From Planctomycetales bacterium 10988 (GTDB lineage: Bacteria > Planctomycetota > Planctomycetia > Pirellulales > Pb10988): 64,000 nt of DNA. A model generated the notes under the pieces. That model was not told the origin of the DNA, made no database searches, and was given only the letters and a program-made list of their open reading frames with translations. A program made the position numbers and the translations under genes. Positions 19,486 through 29,506 of the stretch are shown piece by piece. Each line of letters begins with the position of its first letter. Position 1 is the first letter of the stretch. The stretch is from contig CP043547.1 of assembly GCA_009664345.1 (NCBI GenBank), positions 2,072,709 through 2,136,708 on the forward strand, written 5' to 3'.

Positions 19486-19718
19486 AGGAAACCTCCGGAT
19501 AGGGATGGTGAGTGGAGTGTGAAGAGTGGAGAGAGTCCGATTGCTAAAGTATTCAAAATCTCGAACTCTCTCCGGTCGATCGCACCAACAAAGTTTCAGT
19601 GAGAAGAGGAAAAAGGGACTTGATAGAGTTATTCAGGCCAGTTCGTTCACCAATCAATGGCTTTTTCACAGGAAACTAGCCCCTGATTCCTGGCCCCTAA
19701 CCCCTTCCATTCCCCTCC

Positions 19719-20717
19719 CTACTTGTCCGCGAACGCCGCATCGAAGGCGACGCCACTTGGCTTGAAGTCCAAGCGTTTGACAAACTGAGCGGCTTCGGCG
19801 GCCCCCATTTCGCGGTCCATGCCGATATCTTCCCATTCAACCGAAAGCGGACCTTGGTAATTGATGATATTGAGGGCACGAATGATCTCTTCGAACTTCA
19901 CATCGCCACGCCCCGGCGAACGGAAATCCCAACCGCGACGCGGATCGCCGAAGTTCAGATGACTGGCCAAGATGCCCGTTTTTCCATTCAACGTGACGCT
20001 GGCATCCTTGATATGGACGTGATAGATACGATCGGCAAAGGTACGGATGAACTCGACCGGATCGACCATCTGCCAAAGCAAGTGGCTCGGATCGAAGTTG
20101 AAACCGAATTCTTCGCGATGTTCCAATGCTTCCAGGGCGGTCTCCGCCGAATACAGATCGAAGGCAATTTCGGTAGGATGCACTTCGAGAGCGAACTTGA
20201 CGCCGCATTCGCCGAAGACATCCAGAATCGGATTCCAGCGATCGGCCAGAAGTTGGAAACCGGCATCAATCGTGGCCGGAGAGACTGGCGGAAACGAGTA
20301 GAGAAGCGGCCAGATGCTCGAACCAGTAAAGCCATTGACGACTTCAACGCCCAGCTTTTGAGCGGCCCGGGCAGTATTCTTCATCTCTTCGGCAGCTCGA
20401 CTGTTCACCCCATCGGGGTCGCCATCGCCCCAGATATAACTGGGCAAAATCTCTTGGTGGCGGCTGTCAATGACATCAAGAACCGCCTGCCCAACAAGGT
20501 GATTACTAATGGCATACAATTGCAAACCGTGTTGTTCCAAAAGATCGCGTTTGGCTTGGCAATAACCATCTTGCTCCAGGGCCTTATCAACTTCAAAGTG
20601 ATCGCCCCAGCAGGCAAGTTCCAAACCATCATAGCCAAATTGCTTGGCCATCTTGCACATGGTTTCCAAAGGAAGGTCGGCCCATTGGCCAGTAAAGAGG
20701 GTAACCGGGCGTGCCAT
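19719..20717 (-). CDS. sugar phosphate isomerase/epimerase (xylose-isomerase-like TIM barrel)
   Basis: Family-typical N-terminus [41 protein letters not shown] and conserved His/Glu/Asp positions. I placed the start at the internal ATG preceded by aaggag; the track's longer ORF begins at a non-ATG codon. Confidence 0.75.
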   Translation of the reverse strand: MARPVTLFTGQWADLPLETMCKMAKQFGYDGLELACWGDHFEVDKALEQDGYCQAKRDLLEQHGLQLYAISNHLVGQAVLDVIDSRHQEILPSYIWGDGDPDGVNSRAAEEMKNTARAAQKLGVEVVNGFTGSSIWPLLYSFPPVSPATIDAGFQLLADRWNPILDVFGECGVKFALEVHPTEIAFDLYSAETALEALEHREEFGFNFDPSHLLWQMVDPVEFIRTFADRIYHVHIKDASVTLNGKTGILASHLNFGDPRRGWDFRSPGRGDVKFEEIIRALNIINYQGPLSVEWEDIGMDREMGAAEAAQFVKRLDFKPSGVAFDAAFADK

Positions 20718-21078
20718 TGTCGTTCTCCTTGATGGGGGGTTCTTTTGATTCCAGTCAGTACTCAAGCCATCAATCGATCGAGTCTGAATTTGGAACGGTT
20801 TTACTTAATTAGCTTCTAATCAATTACCGCCTGAGTTCGCAAGGAAACCAGGTGGAAAGTAAGCAAATGAAATGTCGTTATTGTGGCAGAAGCGACGACC
20901 GATGCAACCCTCGGCAAGCCTGGGCAGAGGGAACTTTTCCGATTGTCACGAGGAACGCAAAAGAGGAATCGTCTCCTGTCAATTTTCAATCTTTGCTATA
21001 CTCGGAAAATACGAGCCCGATTTTGAAAGCAATTCATCCCCTACTCACATGGAAGCTGGCATCATGAAAGGAAGCACT

Positions 21079-22131
21079 ATGAATTCGCTCTTTCGCACGA
21101 AGTCCCTTTTTCCCCTGGTAATCTTCCTCTGTTTACTTCCTTGCACTCTCCTATTCGCTGCCCCTCCTGCCTCGGTTCGTTTTGAATTGGCAACGCAAGG
21201 GCGTTTCTCCCCGCAAGACGCCCATGCCTGGAATCAACTTCTTTCAAATCTTCATGCCAGCGGAATTCGAATTACCGGGCAGGCGTATGGCAATCATGTC
21301 GAAGTAATCAACGAAGGGACCGAGCGTTCGCCTCGGTATTTGGTCAAAGGAGTGTTGAATGATCGCCGGGAATTAGTTGTGCCAGGCGGCCGCTTTCGCC
21401 TTTCGGATGGGACCAAACTCGCCGCGTGGCTGGATGAGCTTCGCAAGTGGGGTCCGCAAGGTTCTCCCTCCGGGCAAGCTCAGTTCGGTCTGAATGCCAG
21501 CCAGTTTGCTCAAGTCAAACGCGATCTCTCCGCCCAAGTGCTGTGGTCCACCAAAGGCAAATCTCGTATCGAACAGTTCGAACGCATTCAACAGCAGCTT
21601 GATCACCGCCTGCAAGTTTCTCGGTTTGTGAAAGAAGCAATCGAAGCCGAAGAAGTGATGCAAGACGAATTGAAAGGAATCACCAGCGGAACGGCCTTGG
21701 CGGCCTTGTTGCGTCCGTGTGGACTCGGTTTTCGTCCAGCGAGACTACCCGGTGGGGAAATTGAATATCAAGTCGAAACCGTAGAACAACTCGGCCAGGT
21801 GTGGCCTCTCGGTTGGGAATTGGACGGCAAGCGAGCGGAAGCAATTCCGCTGTTGCTAACGTTTCTCGATGTGGAAATCGATCCGACTCCGCTGGAAGAT
21901 ATCTTTGTGGTTCTCTCGGGCCCGGACCATTTGAATGTCCCGATCTTGTGGGATCACAATCAAATCGCCCGGCATCAGGTTAATCTCCGTCAGCCAGTTT
22001 CGCATCCGCCGAAGCGAACTTATTACGATAGTATCTTGCGAACGCTGCTCTCGCAGGCACAACTCACCCGAGAAGTCCGGCAAGATGAAGGCGGCAAACC
22101 GTTTCTCTGGATCACCACCATGAAGCGATAA
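21079..22131 (+). CDS. hypothetical secreted protein
   Basis: Start moved to MNSLFRTKSLFPLVIFLCLLPCTLLFAAPPA (aggaag RBS 6 nt upstream); signal peptide; no domain recognised. Confidence 0.55.
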   Translation: MNSLFRTKSLFPLVIFLCLLPCTLLFAAPPASVRFELATQGRFSPQDAHAWNQLLSNLHASGIRITGQAYGNHVEVINEGTERSPRYLVKGVLNDRRELVVPGGRFRLSDGTKLAAWLDELRKWGPQGSPSGQAQFGLNASQFAQVKRDLSAQVLWSTKGKSRIEQFERIQQQLDHRLQVSRFVKEAIEAEEVMQDELKGITSGTALAALLRPCGLGFRPARLPGGEIEYQVETVEQLGQVWPLGWELDGKRAEAIPLLLTFLDVEIDPTPLEDIFVVLSGPDHLNVPILWDHNQIARHQVNLRQPVSHPPKRTYYDSILRTLLSQAQLTREVRQDEGGKPFLWITTMKR

Positions 22132-22133
22132 CG

Positions 22134-22517
22134 CTACTCGACCACGCCACGGACAACGAGGTACATGATCAACACCGCCCAACAGACAAGCGAGATCAGC
22201 ACCACATTTCCGTAATACATCGGACCACCCGCTCTGACGATCATCAGAAAGAGACTCACCGCGATCAGCATCGGCAAATAAATTTTGATCGTAAATTGCT
22301 GCCGATGCCAGACAATCACGCCCCAGCAAGCCAGCAGCCAAAGCGTCATCCCCACTACCAAGAAGCCCCAAAAGGTGCCATTGAACTCCTCAAGCGACCG
22401 AGAGATCACACTGGTAATGCCCAACGTTGCCCCCAATAGCAAGGACAGCCCGATCAAAAAGAATAAGGGAATCGGGCTGCCCGCTGGTGGCCGCGTTAGC
22501 GAAAATGAGGGAGACAC
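22134..22517 (-). CDS. small four-TM membrane protein
   Basis: 127 aa with four hydrophobic helices, immediately downstream of pepF on the same strand. Confidence 0.5.
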   Translation of the reverse strand: MSPSFSLTRPPAGSPIPLFFLIGLSLLLGATLGITSVISRSLEEFNGTFWGFLVVGMTLWLLACWGVIVWHRQQFTIKIYLPMLIAVSLFLMIVRAGGPMYYGNVVLISLVCWAVLIMYLVVRGVVE

Positions 22518-22576
22518 GTCGTTGGTGATGCCTTCGTTTTCAGAGGGATCTGACTTTCCTGACCGATGACGACCGC

Positions 22577-24475
22577 TTAGATTAGCGAATCGAGTTCATC
22601 CACTAAGGACTCAAAACGTTCCAAAGCCGTATTCACCGGCGTCGGCTCTTCCAAGTCCACCCCGGCATCGCGAAGCAAATCGAGCGGGAACTTCGAGCAT
22701 CCTCCTTTGAGAAAGGAAAGATAATCCGTCAATTCTTGGTCGCCACCAGAGATCACACGTTCGGCCAATGCGACCGCCGCCGAAATCCCCGTGGCATATT
22801 TATAGACATAAAACGCTCGATAGAAGTGCGGAATCCGCAAACATTCCAGCGACAATTGCGGGTCGATCGTAAAGTCAGGGCCAAAGTACAACTCCAACAA
22901 TGTTTGATATTCATCGCGGAACCGGCCCAAGGTCAGCGGCTCGTTCGCCTCGGCAATGGCATGGGTGATCTTTTCGAACTCCGCGAACATCGCCTGGCGA
23001 ATCAAAGTTCCCCGCAATGAATCGATCTCTTTATTGATCAAGTACGCCCGCATTTGATCATCGCCAGCGGCATCCATCAGATAACGACCGAGCAACTGTT
23101 CGTTGAAGGTACTCGCCACTTCCGCCACGAAAATCGTGTAATTGTAATACTGGAAGGGCTGATGGGCCGCCGAGTAATACGAGTGCATCGAGTGACCCGC
23201 TTCATGCGTCAGCGTAAAGACATGGTCAAGCACATCGTCTTGATAATTCATCAAAATGTAAGGATCGCCATCGAACGAACCGCAACTAAACGCCCCGCTC
23301 TGCTTCCCTTTGTTTTCGTAACGATCGCACCACCGCCCTTGCAGCCCTTTTTCCAAGGCCCCGCAATACTCACTGCCCAGCGGTTCCAGCGACTTCGTGA
23401 CGACCTCGACGGCTTCATCCCAAGAATAATGCGTCGAAAGATCGCTCAGAATCGGCACATAGGTATCATAGTGATGAATCGTTTCCAAGTTCATCTTTCG
23501 GCGGCGGACTTCATAATACCTATAAAGAGCCGGCAAATGCTGATGAACCGCCTCGATCAAGTTGTCATAGACCGTGACCGGCACATTATCGGTAAAGAGG
23601 GAAGCTTCCAAGGCACTTGGGTAATTCTTCGCTCTGGCGTAATAAATATCTCCTTGAATCGAACCGGAAAGCGTCGCGGCAATCGTGTTCTTGTGGGCTT
23701 CATATTCTTGATAATATTGATCGAAAGCCTTTTGTCGCAACTCGCGATTCGCGTGATGTAAACAGCGACTGAAACTCGCATGGCTGAGTTCGATCGACTT
23801 GCCCGATTCCAGCTCGATCTCTCCAAAATCCAAGTCGGCATTGTTAAGTTGTCGGAAAGTTTGACTCGCGGTGGAGGCCATTTCCGATTGCATCGCCAAC
23901 AGCCGTTCTTCCGACCCACTGAGCGTATGCGGTTTGTAACGCAAGATGCGATCGAGCAAGAGTTGATAAGGCTCAAGCTCCTCCGACTTCAGCATCTCCT
24001 GCATTTTCTCTTCAGGAATCGCAAGCAATTCGGGACGGAAGAAACTGGCCGCCTGCGCCGCCCGACTGCCGGCGTTTTGAATGCGGCCCATCATCGTTTG
24101 ATATTTCCCTTCGGAAACATCTTCCGCCGTTTTCAAAAAGGCGTACGTTTGCAATCGCTCGGCTTGGCGATCAAACTTGTTATCAAAATCAAGGAAGGAA
24201 GCCAGTTGATGAGCCCCTTGCTCCATCGTTCCCTGGTATTCCTCGTATTTTGCGATACTCTTTTGCCACTCCTGAAATTCCTCTTCCCACGCTTCATCGT
24301 TGGGAAAAAGGCTCGACAGGTCCCAGGTATCCTCGGTAGGAACTTCACTCCGTTTTGGCAGTCGCGTCACCGTACTCATGGCTGTATCTCTTCTAGCTGT
24401 GGTCTCTTCTGATCGATAGCGAACTCGTCGCCGGGGGAGGTATCCATTCAAAGCAGTTTCCAGAAAATCAACCAC
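22577..24475 (-). CDS. pepF: oligoendopeptidase F (M3B)
   Basis: HEAGHSMH zinc-binding HExxH plus downstream E. Length and overall organisation match PepF. Confidence 0.85.
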   Translation of the reverse strand: MVDFLETALNGYLPRRRVRYRSEETTARRDTAMSTVTRLPKRSEVPTEDTWDLSSLFPNDEAWEEEFQEWQKSIAKYEEYQGTMEQGAHQLASFLDFDNKFDRQAERLQTYAFLKTAEDVSEGKYQTMMGRIQNAGSRAAQAASFFRPELLAIPEEKMQEMLKSEELEPYQLLLDRILRYKPHTLSGSEERLLAMQSEMASTASQTFRQLNNADLDFGEIELESGKSIELSHASFSRCLHHANRELRQKAFDQYYQEYEAHKNTIAATLSGSIQGDIYYARAKNYPSALEASLFTDNVPVTVYDNLIEAVHQHLPALYRYYEVRRRKMNLETIHHYDTYVPILSDLSTHYSWDEAVEVVTKSLEPLGSEYCGALEKGLQGRWCDRYENKGKQSGAFSCGSFDGDPYILMNYQDDVLDHVFTLTHEAGHSMHSYYSAAHQPFQYYNYTIFVAEVASTFNEQLLGRYLMDAAGDDQMRAYLINKEIDSLRGTLIRQAMFAEFEKITHAIAEANEPLTLGRFRDEYQTLLELYFGPDFTIDPQLSLECLRIPHFYRAFYVYKYATGISAAVALAERVISGGDQELTDYLSFLKGGCSKFPLDLLRDAGVDLEEPTPVNTALERFESLVDELDSLI

Positions 24476-24638
24476 TCTGATTTCTGAACTCGCTGAATCC
24501 CTAAATTACCAAATGCTCAGAGAAGTTACTACTACTCCCAAAATGGCGAAAGGAAGCTTGATAACCCCAAAAACAAAGGGCTTGGAATCGCTTTCAATTC
24601 CAAGCCCTTCATAATTATCTACTTGATTAAGTGCGAGA

Positions 24639-25727
24639 CTACCACTTCATCAAAGCGGTTCCCCAGGTTAATCCTGCTCCAAAGCCACAGACCAAAACCA
24701 GGGAATCGCGATCAAAACGATCGTGCAACCAGGCTTCGTCCAATGCCAAAGGAATGCTAGCTCCCGAGGTGTTGCCATAACGATCGAGATTGATAAAGAT
24801 TTGATCGTCTCGCATGCCGAGTTCGCTGGCTGCCGCCCGGATAATGCGTTGATTCGCTTGATGGAAGACAAAAAGATCGACATCTTCAATCCCCACGCCG
24901 GTGGGGGCCAGGACTTCTCGAACCGTTTGGCTGACCAATCGCACAGCCCATTTGAAGACCGCTCGACCATCCATTTGCAAGTAGTGCATATCTTCGTCGA
25001 TTAAGGAAGCCGCCGCTGGCATCCGCGTACCACCCATCGGCCGCGTCAAGAGGTCGGCACCCGATCCATCCGAACCGAGACTATACGACATCAAACCTTG
25101 ATGATCATCGCCAGGAGCCAACAAGACGGCCCCGGCTCCATCACCAAAGAGCGGATAAGTCCGCTGATCGCGAGGGTTGATGATGCGGCTGTTACAGTCG
25201 GCACCGACGATCAAAGCCTTTTGACTGCAACCATTTGCGACATACTGCATCCCGGTGACCATCGCATACATAAAGCCGGCACAAGCCGCTTGCAGGTCCA
25301 TCGCCGGGGCTTGGATACCCAAACGATCTTGCAACATGCAGGCCGTCGAAGGACATAACCGATCCGGAGTAAACGTCCCCACAATCACGAGATCGATCTC
25401 ATCGGGGCTAACTCCGGCTTGTTCAAGGCAGCACTTGGAAGCCTCATACGCCATGTCGCTTGTCGCCATATCTTGCGGAGCAAAACGGCGTTCGCGAATC
25501 CCCGTTCGTTGCACAATCCAATCTGGATCGAACCCCAAACGACGTTTTAAATCTTCATTCGTAACGATTTGTTCCGGGATATAACTTCCCGTGGCAAGCA
25601 CCTGGACGCCGAGTAAACTTCGAACAGGCATCGAGACGACCGGTTCATGTTTCTGTTGAACCGCACCATTTTCTGTGATCATGCCATCTCCCGACCGCTG
25701 TCGTGATTGCAAAGATTGAGTACTCAT
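24639..25727 (-). CDS. fabH: 3-oxoacyl-ACP synthase III
   Basis: GSYIPEQ, ACAGFMYA (active-site Cys), FHQANQRII, GNTSGASIPLAL. The true start is probably internal (MPVRSLLGVQVLATG). Confidence 0.85.
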   Translation of the reverse strand: MSTQSLQSRQRSGDGMITENGAVQQKHEPVVSMPVRSLLGVQVLATGSYIPEQIVTNEDLKRRLGFDPDWIVQRTGIRERRFAPQDMATSDMAYEASKCCLEQAGVSPDEIDLVIVGTFTPDRLCPSTACMLQDRLGIQAPAMDLQAACAGFMYAMVTGMQYVANGCSQKALIVGADCNSRIINPRDQRTYPLFGDGAGAVLLAPGDDHQGLMSYSLGSDGSGADLLTRPMGGTRMPAAASLIDEDMHYLQMDGRAVFKWAVRLVSQTVREVLAPTGVGIEDVDLFVFHQANQRIIRAAASELGMRDDQIFINLDRYGNTSGASIPLALDEAWLHDRFDRDSLVLVCGFGAGLTWGTALMKW

Positions 25728-25729
25728 TC

Positions 25730-26416
25730 AATAAGGCTTGCCTAGTAGGAAAGATCATTATTCGTTAGGAAGAGCAGACTCGAAGAAGCTCCATTCCCAG
25801 CTCCTCCGGAAATAAGCGATCCTCATCGCGTCTGAATGTCTTGCCAATTCACAATGGGAAATCGGAAGGTGTCGCATCCATCAAATCTTCCAGATTGCTT
25901 TTCCCAGGCAAAGAAATACCGACAGGAAGATACAAGCCCCTGTTTGTAGAGACAAACCGTTTCAAAGGTAAGGTTTCCGAGAGTATCTCTCAAGCGGACC
26001 CCGCTTGAAAATTTCAATACTTTTTCACCTTTTTCGAGGACTTGGCTAGTCGTGCAATTCCTTTCATCTCGGTAATTTAAAGGAAATATAGACAGTTTAC
26101 TGGTTTCATGGAACACCAATTGTCTGTATTCCCCCTACATCTACTAGATTCCCATTATTTTTTATTTTCTGGCTGAATCCGACAATCGTCGCCTCTTATG
26201 AACGGATAAAATTGCCAATTTGCTTATTATTGATTGATAATGCGATTATGAGAACGAAGACCCAGAATAGTTAGGTGTACACACAATCTTCTCACCCACC
26301 TATCTCAAAATCAATCAATAATGATCATTCAATATATTGTAGCGCCGAAATTTCGCCACCCTATATATCGACATACTAAAAGTTTATTCGCGCATTATCA
26401 ATCGATAATGTGCTAA
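25730..26416. promoter_or_regulatory. AT-rich fabH upstream region carrying three CATTATTGATTGATAATG-like palindromes and a TATATA element
   Basis: Sites at about 26225-26250, 26297-26324 and 26390-26413. ccctatatatcg lies at about 26361. GC is far below that of the flanking genes. Confidence 0.4.
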
Positions 26417-27103
26417 CTACTTGAGACTTAGAGAAGATTCAAACAGACGATAGCAATGGGCATTCCCTCGTTTAGAGACGCGGTCGATCGCACCTGCATG
26501 ATAGAGACAATAGGCGATCTTTTGAGCAAACCAGCGAGGAATCTGTAAGGCGGAAGCGAATTCGGAGGTATCAAAGGTCTCCGGAAGGGAATCGAACTCT
26601 AAGAGTTCCAATAGATCGCTACTTGCCTGAAGTCGTTGACTTGAATGAACTTCCAGCAATTCGACATTTTGAAGCTGATAAACCGCTCGGCGGCGTCTTC
26701 GTGTTTTTTTCGCTGGAAGTCGCCATTCTTCGATGTCTACGAAGGGAACTTCTATTTGCAAGGCAGGATGGGGAAAGAGTGAGGTGAAATAAATAAAATC
26801 AGAGAAGAAATCGAGCATCGTACCACGAGATGGACTCCATCTTCGTGAAATCGCCGGACCGCCGGGCTTTTGCTGGCGAACGATTTTTTTGCGATGGACA
26901 ACCGGTTTTACCACCAAGATTTCTTGATCGTTCGCCAATAAGTGGGCAATTTTCTTCCGAATCGCCCCCAAGGAGCTCGTTTGGACTTCAACCCAAATGT
27001 GCCCCTGCCGGGTGTCCATGCGATAGTTGCGGAAAGGAATTTCAAATTCCTGGGCCTCATCCGCATAATGCTGTTTGAGGGTGCGATGAAGAGAACTTTC
27101 CAT
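26417..27103 (-). CDS. hypothetical protein, possible PD-(D/E)xK nuclease-like core
   Basis: 228 aa. RMDTRQGHIWVEVQTS resembles the D...(E)V(K/Q) core of YraN/restriction-endonuclease-like folds, but the canonical Lys is Gln. It lies 37 bp downstream of pyrE on the same strand. Confidence 0.45.
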   Translation of the reverse strand: MESSLHRTLKQHYADEAQEFEIPFRNYRMDTRQGHIWVEVQTSSLGAIRKKIAHLLANDQEILVVKPVVHRKKIVRQQKPGGPAISRRWSPSRGTMLDFFSDFIYFTSLFPHPALQIEVPFVDIEEWRLPAKKTRRRRRAVYQLQNVELLEVHSSQRLQASSDLLELLEFDSLPETFDTSEFASALQIPRWFAQKIAYCLYHAGAIDRVSKRGNAHCYRLFESSLSLK

Positions 27104-27139
27104 GTTCTTATATGGTTCATTTTTAGAGGCGGGGGAAGA

Positions 27140-27718
27140 TTATTCTTTGGGAGGCTCGATGCCAAAGTCGCGAATCGTCAGTAAGCTTTGTAACGTAATT
27201 CCTTCTGCAGCAAAGGCTTCCGCTCCTCCTTGCAGACGATCAACAACCGCAATGACCGATCGGACCTTGCAACCGAACTCCTTGACTCGCTCGATTGCCA
27301 GGAGAGAAGAACCGCCAGTGGTGACCACATCTTCGACAATCACGACCTCTTGGCCAGCGACAAGCGGCCCTTCAATGAAGCGTTGTGTGCCGTGTCCCTT
27401 GGCTTCCTTTCGCACCATAAACCCAATCAGAGGAAGGTTTTGCACTCCGGCTATCGTGACCACCGCGGCGGTGATCGGATCGGCCCCGATCGACATCCCT
27501 CCGACTGCGTCAGGGAGATCGTCTCCCAACAGGTCCAGGATTCCTTCCGCGATCAGCTTCGAACCTTGGGCATCAAGCGTAACCTGTTTGCCATCAAAGT
27601 AATACGTGCTTTTTTTCCCAGATGCGAGGGTGAAATCACCCCGCTTGAGGGCTTTTTCTTCACAAAGGTCCCGCAACGCCTCTCGATCGAACATGGCAAA
27701 CACTTTCACTTGCAGCAA
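27140..27718 (-). CDS. pyrE: orotate phosphoribosyltransferase
   Basis: Type I PRTase PRPP-binding motif VVIVEDVVTTGGS. The likely start is MFDREAL at about 27694. Confidence 0.85.
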   Translation of the reverse strand: MLQVKVFAMFDREALRDLCEEKALKRGDFTLASGKKSTYYFDGKQVTLDAQGSKLIAEGILDLLGDDLPDAVGGMSIGADPITAAVVTIAGVQNLPLIGFMVRKEAKGHGTQRFIEGPLVAGQEVVIVEDVVTTGGSSLLAIERVKEFGCKVRSVIAVVDRLQGGAEAFAAEGITLQSLLTIRDFGIEPPKE

Positions 27719-27809
27719 GAAAAGGAAATCTTTCCCTGTCTTACTGACTCTGCATCTGCTTGAAAAGAGGGTCGCCGGAGAAAAGAACGTACGGAGAATC
27801 GCGGAGTGA

Positions 27810-29201
27810 CTAACGAGGGCCTAAATAACTAGGCGAAGAAGAGCGTTCAGCGACATTGGCTGGTTCTTCGGCAGGCACTTCGCCTACCAAAACGACTTTG
27901 GAGCCTACGGTCAGAATATCGAACAGATCCCGCATTTCTTGTGATTTCAAACGAACACAGCCCTGCCCTCGATGCTCCCCGATGAGTGTTTCGTCTTGCG
28001 TTGCATGCAGTCCAAGATGAGCCCCTAAATCGATCCAATATCCAGCAAGTGGATTTTCAGGATGATCCGGCCCTAAAATCCCAGATGCTCCATAATACGT
28101 TGGCTGGAGCATTTTGAGCTGCACCACGCGTGTACCAGCTTGCAGCTGCTGATCGCGTCCGAATCCGACCTGAAATTGTCCGGCGTAAAGATCCCCTAAC
28201 TTTAGACTCAGTCGATAGTTGCTTAAATCAAGATAGGCATCGAATGGCCCTGGCAGGACTTTCAATTGATCCCCTGGACGTAACTGATTGGGGTCTGCGA
28301 TGCCGTTGATCTTTGCCAAAATCTGCCAACTTACTTGATACCTCTGAGCAATTTGCTCCAAGGAATCCGCCGGCTGTACTTGATAAGGTGGTTCCAACAA
28401 ATGGCGTCGGGAATAGAGGACCGTCCCTGCTAGCTGGCTCAAAATGGCTTCAATTTCCCGCTGCTTTTCAGCAGGTAGCCGCGATTCGCCTTCCCAGGGA
28501 TACCAAGCAGAGAGACTCCGCAAGGCTTCATGAAAGCGGCCCATTTGCAAATGCCGCCCTACTTCCGCTTCGGCCGCTTGGAAGTCCGCCAACGATTGCG
28601 GGTCCCATTGAGAGTTGATCTCCGTAACCTGTTGCTGATCATTACCTTCCATCAATGTCGTATCTTCACGAACCAACCCGGCGCGACGAATCGGTCCTTC
28701 CTCAGAAATCGCAGAACCTTGACCATAGATCGAAGCCTGTACCGCTGGAGGAGGTTCCGTTTTCGTCAGTTGCGCCCCATCGGGAAAGATGGATTCTCCT
28801 GTTGGATCACCAATCGAAGCCCCAGACTCTACTTCTGTCTCGAAGAAAGGATTCGTAAATTCCGTTGCCAGTTTTTCCTGGGGAATTTTAGTGGCAGCTG
28901 GGTCTTCAACAGAGGGTGCGATCTCCGGTGAATTGATGTTCTTCTTTTCAAAGGGAGAAGGCAATTCGGTACCAGATGTTTGAGCCGGAGCTTTTCGAAA
29001 GGGATTCGAAAGGGGCGAGTCAACTAATAAGGGAAATGTCTCCTCCGCTTCGGCCACTTCTTCTTCCATTGTGGAAGCATTCTGAGAGAACAAGCTCGCT
29101 AAAGAAAGCGACTTTCCTTCAGGGGTCGCGATGGTGACATAAACGGCGTACGCTGCCCCTGCCAATGCCAAAATCGCAAACATTGTCTTGAGAGTATTCA
29201 C
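27810..29201 (-). CDS. LysM-domain L,D-transpeptidase (YkuD family)
   Basis: LysM YQVQPADSLEQIAQRYQVSWQILAKINGI...LRPGDQLKV, and the YkuD catalytic HRGQGCVRL (His/Cys). N-terminal signal/anchor present. Confidence 0.8.
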   Translation of the reverse strand: MNTLKTMFAILALAGAAYAVYVTIATPEGKSLSLASLFSQNASTMEEEVAEAEETFPLLVDSPLSNPFRKAPAQTSGTELPSPFEKKNINSPEIAPSVEDPAATKIPQEKLATEFTNPFFETEVESGASIGDPTGESIFPDGAQLTKTEPPPAVQASIYGQGSAISEEGPIRRAGLVREDTTLMEGNDQQQVTEINSQWDPQSLADFQAAEAEVGRHLQMGRFHEALRSLSAWYPWEGESRLPAEKQREIEAILSQLAGTVLYSRRHLLEPPYQVQPADSLEQIAQRYQVSWQILAKINGIADPNQLRPGDQLKVLPGPFDAYLDLSNYRLSLKLGDLYAGQFQVGFGRDQQLQAGTRVVQLKMLQPTYYGASGILGPDHPENPLAGYWIDLGAHLGLHATQDETLIGEHRGQGCVRLKSQEMRDLFDILTVGSKVVLVGEVPAEEPANVAERSSSPSYLGPR

Positions 29202-29506
29202 GCTCAGGATCTCCCTGCGTACCGAATGCGGATGCGAGGCATCCTCGCGAAATTCGATGACTCAAGTGATAAAAGAAGATATGCTTTAGACTTGCAACTT
29301 CAAGAGAGCTTCTTGAATTTGTTTCGCTGGCAGAGTTTCCTACATTCTGCGATGCAAAGCAAGAGCAATCTTTGCCTCAGCAAATCAGAGCTTATTAAAG
29401 AGTGAGAAACAGCCCGATTGAAATGTTCAAACACGACAAAATAATCAATTCTGATTAATAATGCGCAAGCAGCTTTCTATCTAAAACAGCTCCATATATC
29501 GAGCTA

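Noticed and set aside
19854-20732. 292-aa plus-strand ORF
   Set aside because: Antisense to the sugar-phosphate isomerase gene, which has clear family motifs.
20717-20765. N-terminal 16-codon extension of the isomerase ORF in the track
   Set aside because: It begins at a non-ATG codon. The internal ATG (MARPV) has an aaggag RBS and matches the family N-terminus, so the extension is treated as non-coding.
23054-24412. Two plus-strand ORFs (235 and 210 aa)
   Set aside because: Antisense within pepF, whose HExxH motif and length are unambiguous.
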